Notes under the pieces: model-generated
The model's input: only the letters and a program-made list of their open reading frames with translations
Told to the model about the DNA's origin: nothing
The model's database searches: none
Position numbers and translations under genes: made by a program
NCBI GenBank assembly: GCA_963757335.1
Contig: CAVWRJ010000011.1
Location: 71,700 to 135,699 of the forward strand
Direction: 5' to 3'
Length of the DNA: 64,000 bases
Source: an uncultured Acidobacteriota bacterium
GTDB taxonomy: Bacteria; Acidobacteriota; Thermoanaerobaculia; Multivoradales; UBA5704
Shown: piece after piece, positions 45,340 through 55,163 of the stretch
Layout: every line of letters starts with the position of its first letter
Position numbering within the stretch: the stretch's first letter is position 1

Positions 45340-45846
45340 TCAGGATATCAGCGCCTGGCCGTCGAGGAGACGGCGGAGCAGCGGCGGGTCGGGGTTGAAG
45401 GCCCACAAGCGGTCGTCGAAGAGCAGGGTGGGGATCACCCGCCGGCCGCCGCTCCGTTCGAGGACCGTGGCCTCGGCCCGCGGATCGCGGTCGATATCGA
45501 CCTCGTCGTAGGAGGTGTCGGCCTCGTCGAGGACCCGCTTGGCGCGCCGGCAGTCGGGGCACCAGGCGGCGCTGTAGACCACCCGGCGCGAGGTGGGGAA
45601 TCCCGCGCCGCCGGCGAGCCGCGCCGCCTCCTCGGGGGAGAGGCGCAGGCCCACCACCCGGATCTTGCCGCCGGGCTCGCGGAGCAGCACCGCCGGCAGG
45701 TCGTGACGGGGGGAGATCCCGAGCTTGATCAGCTGATGGGCCGCCGCCGGATCGGCGGCGACGTCGACCGGCTCGCCACAGGGGACGAGGGGCGCCTCCT
45801 GCTCCGTCGAGTTGAAATAGACCTTGCAATCGAGATTCTGGTACAT
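45340..45846 (-). CDS. glutaredoxin-like (thioredoxin-fold, CPDC active site) protein with N-terminal extension
   Basis: VVYSAAWCPDCRRAKRVLDEADTSYDEVDIDRD...VIPTLLFDD glutaredoxin/NrdH-like pattern; start MYQNLD. Confidence 0.6.
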   Translation of the reverse strand: MYQNLDCKVYFNSTEQEAPLVPCGEPVDVAADPAAAHQLIKLGISPRHDLPAVLLREPGGKIRVVGLRLSPEEAARLAGGAGFPTSRRVVYSAAWCPDCRRAKRVLDEADTSYDEVDIDRDPRAEATVLERSGGRRVIPTLLFDDRLWAFNPDPPLLRRLLDGQALIS

Positions 45847-45854
45847 GGCCCTCG

Positions 45855-46553
45855 TCAGAGACCCGGACCCGGCACGCGGACGGCAGCGCCGTTGACGGCG
45901 GCCGAGGCGGGGGTCGTCAAGTAGTGGATGATCTCCGCCACGGCCGCGGTCGACACCCACTTCGCGGGGTCGGCTTCAGGCATGCCGGCGCGGTTCGCGG
46001 GGGTGTCCATGGTGCCGGGGAGGACGGCGTTGGCGCGGGCACCGAAGGGCGCGAGCTCGCGGGCGAAGGATTCGATCAGGCGGAGCATCCCGGCCTTGGT
46101 GGCGGCGTAGCCCCCCACCCCGGCCTCGCCGAGGAGGCCGGCGGGCGCCGCCACGGCAACCAGGACCCCGGCCCTGGCGCGCTCGAAGGCACGGGCGCTC
46201 TCGCGGAAGACCCGGAAGGTGGTTTCGAGGTTGACCGAGACGAGGAAGCTCCAGTCGCGGTCGCTCATCTCGGCGAGCCGGGCGTAGCGGAAGCCGCCCA
46301 CCAGATGGACGACGGCCGGAAACACCCCCGAGGCCGCCTCGGCGTCGGCGAAGAGCCGCGCCACCTCGCTGCTGTCGGTCAAGTCGACGCGGCGGAGCGA
46401 AAGGGCGTCCGACGGGGCGAGCGGCGTCAGCTCGGCGAGCGCCGCCTCGTCGGTCCCCACCGCCAGCACCCGCTCGCCCGCGGCGAGGAATCGGGCGACG
46501 ACGCTCTGCCCCAGGGCGCCCGAGGCGCCGGTGATGAGGACGCGCCCGTTCAT
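45855..46553 (-). CDS. SDR family oxidoreductase
   Basis: MNGRVLITGASGALGQSV Rossmann motif, YAATKAG catalytic pair. Confidence 0.75.
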   Translation of the reverse strand: MNGRVLITGASGALGQSVVARFLAAGERVLAVGTDEAALAELTPLAPSDALSLRRVDLTDSSEVARLFADAEAASGVFPAVVHLVGGFRYARLAEMSDRDWSFLVSVNLETTFRVFRESARAFERARAGVLVAVAAPAGLLGEAGVGGYAATKAGMLRLIESFARELAPFGARANAVLPGTMDTPANRAGMPEADPAKWVSTAAVAEIIHYLTTPASAAVNGAAVRVPGPGL

Positions 46554-46659
46554 CGAGGTTGGGCCGAACGAAGGGGATCGGGGTAGCGCATCGGAGAGGC
46601 CCGCATACCGCAACTGGTGCGGCAGCCGAGCGCGCGCGAGACTATCACGGCGGGTGGGT

Positions 46660-46694
46660 TCCCTCCCCCAGGCGGGGGCGGTTGGGGCAGGGGT
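46660..46694 (+). repeat. copy A of an about 35-bp direct repeat (ccctcccccaGGCGGgGGCGGTTGGGGCAGGGG) flanking the giant gene
   Basis: Near-identical copy at 51697-51736 in the same orientation. Confidence 0.6.
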
Positions 46695-46743
46695 TGCCCG
46701 TCGCCCCGAGCGTGAAAGGTCCGGTCTGCTCAGGCGGCACGTC

Positions 46744-49700
46744 CTAGAGCTTGAAGGAGTAGGTGCCAACGAAGTCGTTACTGGGGCTCCCCACGGTCAG
46801 GCTATAGGTGCCGCCCTTGGTGAGGGTGATGTTCCCGACGTCCCCTTCGAACGGAGCGCTGAAAACCTGCTGACCGCTGTCGTCGGTCAACGTCCAGCTG
46901 ATCCGGAAGGTGCCGCCGGCCAGGTAGTCGAAGTAGACCGTCTGCCCCGCAGCCGCGGTGAACGTGTAGACGTCCATCGTCCCCGGAGTCTCGATCCGCC
47001 CTGCCCCCGCGACCGGCACCCCGTCCGCGACCGTGTCGCCGATCGAGATCGCGAAGGTCTGCGGCGGCGGCACGTCCCAGAGCTTGAAGGAGTAGGTGCC
47101 AGAGAAGTCGTTACCGGGGCTCCCCACGGTCAGGCTATAGGTGCCGCCCTTGGTGAGGGTGATGTTCCCGACGTCGCCTTCGAACGGAGCGCTGAAGACC
47201 TGATGTCCGCTGTCGTCGGTCAAGATCCAGCTGATACGGAAGGTGCCGCCGGCCAGGTAGTCGAAGTAGACCGTCTGCCCCGGGGCGGCGGTGAACGTGT
47301 AGACGTCCATCGTCCCCGGAGTCTCGATCCGCCCCGCCCCCGCGGCCGGCACCCCGTCCGCGACCGTGTCGCCGATCGAGATCGCGAAGGTCTGCGGCGG
47401 CGGCACGTTCCAGAGCTTGAAGGAGTAGGTGCCCGTGAAGGCATTGTTAGGGCTCCCCACGATCAGGGTATAGGTGCCGCCCTTGGCGAGGGTGATGTTG
47501 CCGACATCGCCTTCGAACGGAGCGCTGAAGACCTGCTGCCCGGTATCGTCGGTCAATATCCAGGCGATCCGGAAGGTGCCGCCGGCCAGGTACTCGAAAT
47601 AGACCGTCTGCCCCGCGGCGGCGCTGAAGGTATAGGCGTCCATCGTCCCCGGAGTCTCGATCCGCCCCGCGCCCGCAGCCGGCATCCCGTCCGCGACCGT
47701 GTCGCCGATCGAGATGGCGAAGGTCCGCGGCGGCGGCACGTCCCAGAGCTTGAAGGAGTAGGTGCCCGTGAAGGCATTGTTAGGGCTCCCCACGGTCAGG
47801 GTATAGGTGCCGCCCTTGGCGAGGGTGAAATTCCCGACGTCGCCTTCGAACGGAGCGCTGAAGACCTGCTGCCCGGTATCGTCGGTCAATGTCCAGGCGA
47901 TCCGGAAGGTGCCGCCGGCCAGGTACTGGAAGTAGACCGTCTGCCCCGCGGCGGCGCTGAAGGTATAGGCGTCCATCGTCCCCGGAGTCTCGATCCGCCC
48001 CGCCCCCGCAGCCGGCATCCCGTCCGCGACGGTGTCGCCGATCGAGATGGCGAAGGTCCGCGGCGGCGGCACGTCCCAGAGCTTGAAGGAGTAGGTGCCC
48101 GTGAAGGCGTTGTTGGGGCTCCCCACGGTCAGGGTATAGGTGCCGCCCTTGGCGAGGGTGAAATTCCCGACGTCGCCTTCGAACGGAGCGCTGAAGACCT
48201 GCTGCCCGGTATCGTCGGTCAATGTCCAGGCGATCCGGAAGGTGCCGCCGGCCAGGTACTGGAAGTAGACCGTCTGCCCCGCGGCGGCGGTGAAGGTATA
48301 GGCGTCCATCGTCCCCGGAGTCTCGATCCGCCCCGCCCCCGCGGCCGGCACCCCGTCCGCGACGGTGTCGCCGATCGCGATCGCGAAGGTCTGCGGCGGC
48401 GGCACGTCCCAGAGCTTGAAGGAGTAGGTGCCGACGAAGCCGCTGCTGGAGCTCCCTACGGTCAGGGTATAGGTGCCGCCCTTCCTGAGGGTGATGTTGC
48501 CGACGTCGCCTTCGAACGGAGCGCTGAAGACCTGCTGCCCGCTGTCGTCGGTCAACGTCCAGGCGATCCGGAAGGTGCCGCCGGCCAGGTACTGGAAGTA
48601 GACCGTCTGCCCCGCGGCGGCGGTGAACGAATAGCGATCGATTTCCCCGGCGACGGCGATCGCGGCGTCGATCTCCTGGCCGATCGCGATGTTGCGGCCC
48701 AGGGGATCGGTCCCCTGGGCGACCTCGGTGCCGTCGTTCACCCCGTCGCCGTCGGTGTCGGGGTTGTGCGGGTCGGTACCCAGGATCGTCTCGGCCACGT
48801 CCGGCAGGCCGTCGCCGTCGCTGTCGAGCGGATCGGGATCGCCCAGGTGAGCCTTCGGCAGCTCCATGCTCGTGCCGTTCGCTCCGGCGAGGAAGTAGGT
48901 AGTCGCGACCTGGAGCGGCTGCGTCTGGAGGTACGAAACCCGGTAGAACGTGGTCGGCTGGAGGACCATGGTGTCGAAAACTCCGGTCCCCCCCAGCCGG
49001 CCGCGCTGCACGGTGGTGCCGTTGACCGGCGCGAGCGCGTAGTAGAAACGGGTGGGGGCGGGCATCAGAGCGGTCAGGTCGCCGATGAACTGGGGCCCCT
49101 TGATATAGCCGTCCCAGGCGCTCTGCCAACCGCGGCGCGCCAGCTCGGCGCTGGTGTCGGACAGGTTCTGACCGGCGGTCACGATGGCGTCGTAGTCGGC
49201 CTGCGGCAGCTGGCTCGCGGCGATCTGGTTCATCCGATCGACCAGGGCGGAGACGTCGGCCGACGTGAGCGTCGCCGGCAGGGGCACGGCGAGGAGGGTT
49301 GCCCGCTCGGCCGTGGTGATCTGGCGGCCCCCGGGGCTCGCGGGTGCGAGAGCCTGCCCGAGGGCAGCGACGAACGGATCGAGCTCGGGGGTCATGGCCT
49401 TCCGCCACTTCGGCGAGCCGTTGACGGTGTCGAACAGCGTGGCGAGCGCGGCATTGAGAGCGTCCTGCTCCGAGAACGGATCGGCGGCGACCGTCGCCTG
49501 CACCCGTGGCTGGAGGCGCTCGCGGACCCGGTGGATGCCGGAGCAGGACTGGTCGACGCAGCTCTGGAAGGTATTGATGGGTCCGGCGACGTCCATGGCG
49601 CAGTCCACGGCATCCATCACGCTGGTGATCGCGATCCCCAACGGGCCGGAGAGGGGGACGCATCCCAGGCCGGAACTGCCGACATTCCAAGCGATCGAGC

Positions 49701-51558
49701 CCCAGCCGCAACCCTCCGCGGACCGGCACTGCGCCGCGATGGAGCCGATTCCGTTGCCGACGCTCAGCGCACAGCCGATCCCTGGAATGCTCCTCGCGAG
49801 GCTCTTCCCCACCGCGTCCTCGACACGCGAGATGACTAGCGAGGAGGAGCAATCCCCGAAGCCCCGGAAAATATCCAGCGCTTTCGGGACACAGCCCGGG
49901 CAAGGGCCGCTGCCGTCGCCCGCCCCACCGCCGTTCGCGCTGCTGCCCGGCTGCGCGGCGTGCCAGCCCGGGGTCAGGATGCCGTAGCCCGGGTCCGAGC
50001 AGACGAGAGTGCCGTCGGCAGAGATGGTCATGGGGCCCACGACCTCCCAGCGGCCGGCCGCGTGGTTGAAGCTCCAGAGGGCGCTCTTGGCGCCGGCCGC
50101 CAGAGTCTGGCCGGTCTTGGGATCGGGTAGATTGGGGAAGCATACCGGGGCCGGGGCGTCGAAGTTCGAGGGCCCGTCGGTCTGGACGGTGATGACGAGC
50201 GGGAAGGTGAGGCCGGGCGGCAGCTTGCCGGGCAGACGGTCGGGCGGCACCGGCGCGATCCCCGCCTGGCCGCCGTGGGTGCCGTCGTTGGCGAAGAGCG
50301 AGCCTGCCGGCACGGTCAGCTGCACGCTCGCAAACTGCGGATACTGGGCGAGGATCGAGGGCGCGAAGTGGAGCACCGTGGGCGCCGTGTTGCTCACCGG
50401 CTGCAGGGTGCCGGGGACGATCAGCGGCAGGTAGGAGGTGCCGATGTTCGTCGACTGTCCGGGGACCGGGTCCCAGGCCTTGCCCACGTAGGGATAGTAG
50501 GCCCCCGGAGGCACCCCGTTGGTCGCCGTCCGGCCGTCGACGTGGACGAAGAACCGCTGGCCCGGTGCCGGGTCGAGGCAGAAGTTGCCGTCGGCACCGG
50601 TCGTGGCCCGGAGGGTCGCCTCGGCGCCGTCGACCGTGATCGTCGCGCCCTGAAGCGGGTTGTCGACCGAGTTGCCGCTGCCGTCGACCGCGAGCTCGGA
50701 GGCCACCACCCGGCCGCAGACCGAGGTGCCGGGGACGACGGTCAAGTCCAGGGTGCGGAAGGAGAGGACGCGAGTGCCCCCCGGAGCGCCGTCGGCGTCG
50801 GCGTCGACCGGGCGGCCACGGCGGTCGCGCAACTGGCTGCCATCGATCGTGACATCGACCTCCGCCGCGGTAGGGAGGAGGTCGTGGTAGAAGAGGGTGA
50901 CGCTCTTGGCGTCGGTCGAGATGTAGAGCCGGGCCGGCAGGTCGGTCCCTCCCGAGCGGGCGTGGATCGCGGCGGTGGTGACGCTCGTGGGATCGAGGGT
51001 GCCGTTGAAGTGAAGGATCGTCTCTCGCGTCATCGCCACGTCGGCCTCGGAGTCGGTCGGGCTGCTGGTGGCGAGGGTGACCAGGGGCTCGGGGGCGAAG
51101 TAGCCGTAGATGTCGAAGACGAGATGGACCGTCCCCGCCCCGGTGACGACCGGGTAGGCCTGCACGGTGCCGGAGCCATCGGCCGCGAGCGGCAGGATGG
51201 CGTTGTTGGTGCGCGTCAGGCCCCGCTTGAGGTTGATGGAGCTGGCGAGCGGACGGGTCCCGTCGCCCGGGAAAAGGGTGATGAAGCCGTCGCCGCTGGG
51301 AGAGACCACGGCGAGGTTCGCCACCACGGCGGTAGCGTCGGCGGGGACCCCGCATCGGCCGGTGACGGTGAAATTGCGCGGGATACCCGAGATCAGGGCA
51401 GGGCCACCGAAAGGCCCGTCCACGTAGCGGGTGTCGAGAAGCCGACAGGGGGAAACGGTATAGAGGGAGACACCGCCATCCGCCTTCGCCCAGTCAGCGA
51501 GCCCCATCCAGTGCAGAAAAGCCAGCGCAAAGACGACCGCCCAACGACGTCCCGCCAT
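46744..51558 (-). CDS. giant secreted repeat protein (1604 aa): N-terminal ~125-aa domain shared with the 17792-22726 protein, acidic Ca-binding (thrombospondin-type-3-like) repeats, about 7 C-terminal tandem PPC-like (pre-peptidase C-terminal) domains
   Basis: Signal peptide MAGRRWAVVFALAFLHWMGLADWAKA; DSDGDGLPD...DTDGDGVNDGTE; repeated GRIETPGTMDAYTFTAAAGQTVYFQYLAGGTFRIAWTLTDDTGQQVFSAPFEGDVGN..LAKGGTYTLTVGSPNNAFTGTYSFKLWD units. Confidence 0.85.
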   Translation of the reverse strand: MAGRRWAVVFALAFLHWMGLADWAKADGGVSLYTVSPCRLLDTRYVDGPFGGPALISGIPRNFTVTGRCGVPADATAVVANLAVVSPSGDGFITLFPGDGTRPLASSINLKRGLTRTNNAILPLAADGSGTVQAYPVVTGAGTVHLVFDIYGYFAPEPLVTLATSSPTDSEADVAMTRETILHFNGTLDPTSVTTAAIHARSGGTDLPARLYISTDAKSVTLFYHDLLPTAAEVDVTIDGSQLRDRRGRPVDADADGAPGGTRVLSFRTLDLTVVPGTSVCGRVVASELAVDGSGNSVDNPLQGATITVDGAEATLRATTGADGNFCLDPAPGQRFFVHVDGRTATNGVPPGAYYPYVGKAWDPVPGQSTNIGTSYLPLIVPGTLQPVSNTAPTVLHFAPSILAQYPQFASVQLTVPAGSLFANDGTHGGQAGIAPVPPDRLPGKLPPGLTFPLVITVQTDGPSNFDAPAPVCFPNLPDPKTGQTLAAGAKSALWSFNHAAGRWEVVGPMTISADGTLVCSDPGYGILTPGWHAAQPGSSANGGGAGDGSGPCPGCVPKALDIFRGFGDCSSSLVISRVEDAVGKSLARSIPGIGCALSVGNGIGSIAAQCRSAEGCGWGSIAWNVGSSGLGCVPLSGPLGIAITSVMDAVDCAMDVAGPINTFQSCVDQSCSGIHRVRERLQPRVQATVAADPFSEQDALNAALATLFDTVNGSPKWRKAMTPELDPFVAALGQALAPASPGGRQITTAERATLLAVPLPATLTSADVSALVDRMNQIAASQLPQADYDAIVTAGQNLSDTSAELARRGWQSAWDGYIKGPQFIGDLTALMPAPTRFYYALAPVNGTTVQRGRLGGTGVFDTMVLQPTTFYRVSYLQTQPLQVATTYFLAGANGTSMELPKAHLGDPDPLDSDGDGLPDVAETILGTDPHNPDTDGDGVNDGTEVAQGTDPLGRNIAIGQEIDAAIAVAGEIDRYSFTAAAGQTVYFQYLAGGTFRIAWTLTDDSGQQVFSAPFEGDVGNITLRKGGTYTLTVGSSSSGFVGTYSFKLWDVPPPQTFAIAIGDTVADGVPAAGAGRIETPGTMDAYTFTAAAGQTVYFQYLAGGTFRIAWTLTDDTGQQVFSAPFEGDVGNFTLAKGGTYTLTVGSPNNAFTGTYSFKLWDVPPPRTFAISIGDTVADGMPAAGAGRIETPGTMDAYTFSAAAGQTVYFQYLAGGTFRIAWTLTDDTGQQVFSAPFEGDVGNFTLAKGGTYTLTVGSPNNAFTGTYSFKLWDVPPPRTFAISIGDTVADGMPAAGAGRIETPGTMDAYTFSAAAGQTVYFEYLAGGTFRIAWILTDDTGQQVFSAPFEGDVGNITLAKGGTYTLIVGSPNNAFTGTYSFKLWNVPPPQTFAISIGDTVADGVPAAGAGRIETPGTMDVYTFTAAPGQTVYFDYLAGGTFRISWILTDDSGHQVFSAPFEGDVGNITLTKGGTYSLTVGSPGNDFSGTYSFKLWDVPPPQTFAISIGDTVADGVPVAGAGRIETPGTMDVYTFTAAAGQTVYFDYLAGGTFRISWTLTDDSGQQVFSAPFEGDVGNITLTKGGTYSLTVGSPSNDFVGTYSFKL
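47000..48650. repeat. about 5-6 near-identical (over 90%) 330-bp tandem DNA repeats within the giant gene, encoding the PPC-like domains
   Basis: Visible long exact matches, e.g. ccagagcttgaaggagtaggtgcc...gatccgccccgcccccgc recurring every about 330 bp. Confidence 0.8.
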
Positions 51559-51696
51559 TCCTTATCTCCTCTTCTTGCGTGCCTCTAGGAGAATCCATCC
51601 AGCCGGGCTTGCCCGGCGATCCAACGGTCTTCACTCAACCCAGACCTCTAACTTAGAATCCGAAAACGGACTGTAGATTAGCATCGATTTAGCCGA

Positions 51697-51736
51697 TCCC
51701 CCTCCCCCTGGGCGGAGGCGGTTGGGGCAGGGGGGA
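51697..51736 (+). repeat. copy B of the about 35-bp direct repeat (cccctccccctGGGCGGaGGCGGTTGGGGCAGGGGgg) upstream of the giant gene
   Basis: Shares the 17-nt core GGCGGTTGGGGCAGGGG plus C-rich leader with 46660-46694. Confidence 0.6.
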
Positions 51737-51782
51737 GGTTAGGAGATTTAGGAAGGGGGGTGCCTCGCTGAACCGCCGACCT

Positions 51783-52160
51783 TCAGCTGGCGCGGGCCCG
51801 GCTGGAGCGCTCCTCGGCCTGGCTGCGGGCGATGAGCGAGGAGAGGAGCTCGCGGTCCGACGGGTGGAGGCGGAGGAACTCGACCCCCACCTGATGCACC
51901 TGGTGCTCCCGCTCCTTCTTGGGGACCTCGTAGGCGACCCGGGCGTCGGCCCGGATGACCCGCCCCTCGACGGAGATCAGGAGCTCCATCAGCGAGCCGT
52001 AGCCGAGCGACTCCCGGTTGACGAACATGCAGCCGCCGAGCCCGATCACCCGGGTCTTGGCGAACCCCTCGAAGTGCGGCCCACCGAGCAGCCGGACCAT
52101 CACCGCATGCTCCGCCGGGATGCGAGGAAACCGCCGATCCTTCCGGTACCCCTGGCCCAT
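51783..52160 (-). CDS. PilZ-domain (c-di-GMP-binding) protein
   Basis: RKDRRFPRI (RxxxR) and RVIGLGGCMF (D/NxSxxG-like) PilZ motifs; ORF-track frame opens at 52178. Confidence 0.65.
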   Translation of the reverse strand: MGQGYRKDRRFPRIPAEHAVMVRLLGGPHFEGFAKTRVIGLGGCMFVNRESLGYGSLMELLISVEGRVIRADARVAYEVPKKEREHQVHQVGVEFLRLHPSDRELLSSLIARSQAEERSSRARAS

Positions 52161-52298
52161 GGGCCCCTCCGATCTCAATCTATCGACAAGAGTCTATAGC
52201 TAACTGTACACCCGCCGGGAGCCGCCGTCGAGAGGCAACGGGTACCGGCCCCACCGAGGGCGGTTGACGGCCGCGGCCCGCTGGTGTCTATTGCCGGG

Positions 52299-53504
52299 AT
52301 GGACTTCACGATTCCCCCCAGGGCCCGAGAGGCCGCCGACGCCGCCCGCGCCTTCCTCGATGCCTTCGTTCTGCCGGTCGAGCGCACCTTCCTGGAGCAC
52401 GGCTTCGCTGCCGTCCTTGGCGATTTGGATCGCCTGCGCCAGAGGGCGCGCGACCAGGGGCTCGCCGCCCTCCACATGCCGCGCGACCTCGGGGGCGCCG
52501 GGCTGCCGCTCGCCGAGTTCGCCCATGTCGGCGAGGTCCTCGGCCGGAGCCCCCTCGGACACTATGTCTTCAACTGCCAGGCGCCCGACGCCGGCAACAT
52601 GGAGCTCCTCCTCCACCACGGCTCGGCCGAACAGCGGGAGCGCTGGCTCGCCCCCCTCGTCCGCGGCGAGCTGCGGAGCTGCTTCGCCATGACCGAGCCC
52701 GAGTTCCCCGGCTCGAACCCGGTACTCCTGGCGACCACCGCCCGCGCCGAGGGCGACGACTATGTCTTAGACGGGCACAAGTGGTTCACCTCCGCGGCCG
52801 ACGGCGCCGCCTTCGCCATCGTCATGGCGGTCACCGACCCCCACGCCGCCCTCCATGCTCGGGCGAGCCAGATCCTCGTCCCCACCGACACCCCGGGCTT
52901 CACCGTCGTCCAGAACCTCTCGGTCATGGGCGAGCGCGGCTCCGGCTGGGCGAGCCACGCCGAGGTGCGCCTCGCAGGCGTGCGGGTGCCAAAGACGAAC
53001 CGCATCGGCCCCGAGGGAGCGGGCTTCGCCCTCGCCCAGGAGCGCCTCGGCCCCGGGCGTATCCACCACTGCATGCGCTGGATCGGCATCTGCGAGCGCG
53101 CTTTCGACCTCCTCTGCCAGCGCGCCGCCTCGCGCCTCCTCGCCCCCGGCGAGCTTTTGGGGAGCCGCCAGCTCGTCCAGGCCTGGATCGCCGAGAGCCG
53201 GGCCGAGATCGACGCCGCCCGGCTCCTCGTCCTTCACACCGCCTGGCGGATCGACCACGAGGGGGCGCGGGCGGCCAGGAACGACATCTCGCTGATCAAG
53301 TTTCACGTCGCCGGGGTGCTCCAGCAGGTGCTCGACCGCGCCATCCAGGCCCATGGCGCCCTCGGGATCACCGACGCCACCCCCCTGGCCTTCTGGTGGC
53401 GGCACGAGCGCGGGGCGAGGATCTACGACGGGCCGGACGAGGTCCACAAGACGAGCGTCGCCCGCCACATCCTCCAGGGCTACGGGATGGAGAAGCTGCG
53501 GTGA
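52299..53504 (+). CDS. acyl-CoA dehydrogenase
   Basis: MDFTIPPRAREAADAARAF..., conserved ACAD middle domain, catalytic Glu region IYDGPDEVHKTSVARHI; ORF-track frame opens at 52284. Confidence 0.85.
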   Translation: MDFTIPPRAREAADAARAFLDAFVLPVERTFLEHGFAAVLGDLDRLRQRARDQGLAALHMPRDLGGAGLPLAEFAHVGEVLGRSPLGHYVFNCQAPDAGNMELLLHHGSAEQRERWLAPLVRGELRSCFAMTEPEFPGSNPVLLATTARAEGDDYVLDGHKWFTSAADGAAFAIVMAVTDPHAALHARASQILVPTDTPGFTVVQNLSVMGERGSGWASHAEVRLAGVRVPKTNRIGPEGAGFALAQERLGPGRIHHCMRWIGICERAFDLLCQRAASRLLAPGELLGSRQLVQAWIAESRAEIDAARLLVLHTAWRIDHEGARAARNDISLIKFHVAGVLQQVLDRAIQAHGALGITDATPLAFWWRHERGARIYDGPDEVHKTSVARHILQGYGMEKLR

Positions 53505-54658
53505 GCGCTTCCGGGGCGTTCCAGGATCGGGCGCGGCCGGTGCGCCCGGGCGAGGAGGTGGACCCCGAACGGCTCGCCGCCTGGCTCGCCGACCACCTGT
53601 GGGACGCCGCCCCGCCGGCCGGCACCCCGCTCACCCCGCTCGCCCCTCTCTCCCCGCTAGATATCGAGCAGTTCCCCGGCGGGCACTCGAACCTCACCTA
53701 TCTGGTCCGCTGGGGCGACCGCGAGCTGGTCCTCCGCCGGCCACCGGTCGGCTCGGCGGTCAAGACCGCCCACGACATGGGCCGGGAGTACCGGGTGCTG
53801 TCGCGCCTCGGTCCTCACTACCCCCAGGCGCCACGGGCGCTCGCCGCCTGCGACGACCCGGCGGTTTTGGGGGCCCCGTTCTACGTCATGGAGCGGGTGC
53901 GCGGGGTGATCCTCCGCCACCCTGCCCTGCCGCCCGGCCTCGACCTCCCGCCGGAGCGGATGCGGCGCTTGAGCGAGGCCGCGGTCGACGGCCTGGCCGC
54001 GCTCCACGCCGTCGACTACCGGGCCGCCGGGCTCGCCGACTTCGGACATCCGGCCGGGTACGTGGAGCGCCAGGTCGGCGGCTGGAGCGAGCGCTGGCGA
54101 AAGGCGAGGACCGACGACGTCCCCGACCTCGACCGCGCCGCGGCCTGGCTCACCGAGCACCTCCCCAGCGACCCGGGAGACTCGGGCGACCGCGGAGAGG
54201 CCGGAGCGACGCTCCTCCACAACGACTACAAGTACGACAACCTGGTCTTGGCGCCCGACGACTTGACCCGCATCGTCGCCGTCCTCGACTGGGAGATGGC
54301 GACCGTCGGCGATCCCCTGATGGATCTCGGCACCAGCCTCGGCTACTGGATCGACCCCGACGATCCCCCCGCCGCTCGCCACCTTCCCACCGGCCCCACC
54401 ACCCAGCCCGGGAACCTCTCCCGCGCCGAGCTGGTCGAGCGCTACGCGCAGGTGACCGGCCGCGACGTCGCTCAAATCCTTTTCTATTATGTCTACGGTG
54501 TTTTCAAGATCGCGGTCATCGCCCAGCAGATCTACTACCGCTACCGGCAGGGCCTGACGAAAGACGAGCGTTTCGCGGCCCTCGGCGGCGCCGTCCGCCT
54601 CCTCGGCTGGACGGCGGCGCGGGCGATCGAGGTGGGACGGATCGATCGGCTGGGGTAG
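53501..54658 (+). CDS. phosphotransferase-family (APH/choline-kinase-like) protein coupled to the acyl-CoA dehydrogenase
   Basis: GTG start overlapping the ACAD stop (GTGA); HSNLTYLV, LLHNDYKYDNLVL (Brenner motif), DWEMATVGDPLMDLG; ORF-track frame opens further upstream at 52781. Confidence 0.8.
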   Translation: MSASGAFQDRARPVRPGEEVDPERLAAWLADHLWDAAPPAGTPLTPLAPLSPLDIEQFPGGHSNLTYLVRWGDRELVLRRPPVGSAVKTAHDMGREYRVLSRLGPHYPQAPRALAACDDPAVLGAPFYVMERVRGVILRHPALPPGLDLPPERMRRLSEAAVDGLAALHAVDYRAAGLADFGHPAGYVERQVGGWSERWRKARTDDVPDLDRAAAWLTEHLPSDPGDSGDRGEAGATLLHNDYKYDNLVLAPDDLTRIVAVLDWEMATVGDPLMDLGTSLGYWIDPDDPPAARHLPTGPTTQPGNLSRAELVERYAQVTGRDVAQILFYYVYGVFKIAVIAQQIYYRYRQGLTKDERFAALGGAVRLLGWTAARAIEVGRIDRLG

Positions 54659-54739
54659 GCGTTCGACTATACTTGACGTCTGCCGTGACATCGATGCCGT
54701 AATAAGCCGTCAGACGCCTATCCTCAAAAAGGAGACGGA

Positions 54740-55138
54740 ATGTTCTGTCCCAGCTGCGGGTCCGAGTACCGCGAGGGTTTCTCGCGCTGTGCCGACTGCG
54801 AGGTGTCCTTGGTCGACACTCTTCCCTCACCGGCAGAGGCCCATCCGGATCCCGGTGATGTCGAGACCGTCTTCGCCACCGGCGATCCGGTCCTTCTCAT
54901 GACGGCGACGTCCCTCCTCGACGCCGCCGGCATCCCCTACTTCACTCGCGGCGAGGGCACCCAGGACCTCCTGGGCCTGGGCCGCCTGGGCACCGGCTTC
55001 AGCATCCTTGCCGGCCCCATGGAGATCCGGGTCGGCGCCCGGCGCTCCCAGGAAGCCGCGGACCTCCTGCGCGAGGCCGAGATCGAGCCCGCGGAGGTCG
55101 ACGGGGACCAGGAATCGGATGGCCTGGAAGAAGAATAA
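54740..55138 (+). CDS. zinc-ribbon plus DUF2007-like small protein
   Basis: MFCPSCGSEYREGFSRCADCE zinc ribbon; C-terminal acidic tail. Confidence 0.55.
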   Translation: MFCPSCGSEYREGFSRCADCEVSLVDTLPSPAEAHPDPGDVETVFATGDPVLLMTATSLLDAAGIPYFTRGEGTQDLLGLGRLGTGFSILAGPMEIRVGARRSQEAADLLREAEIEPAEVDGDQESDGLEEE

Positions 55139-55163
55139 TAGAACCCGAACCGCGCCGGTCTCT

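Noticed and set aside
46531-51355. Long plus/minus alternative-frame ORFs (46531-49839 plus, 47780-51355 minus, 50275-51588 plus)
   Set aside because: Out-of-frame or antisense readings of the giant repeat gene; Arg/Gly/Pro-rich with internal repetition mirroring the DNA repeats.
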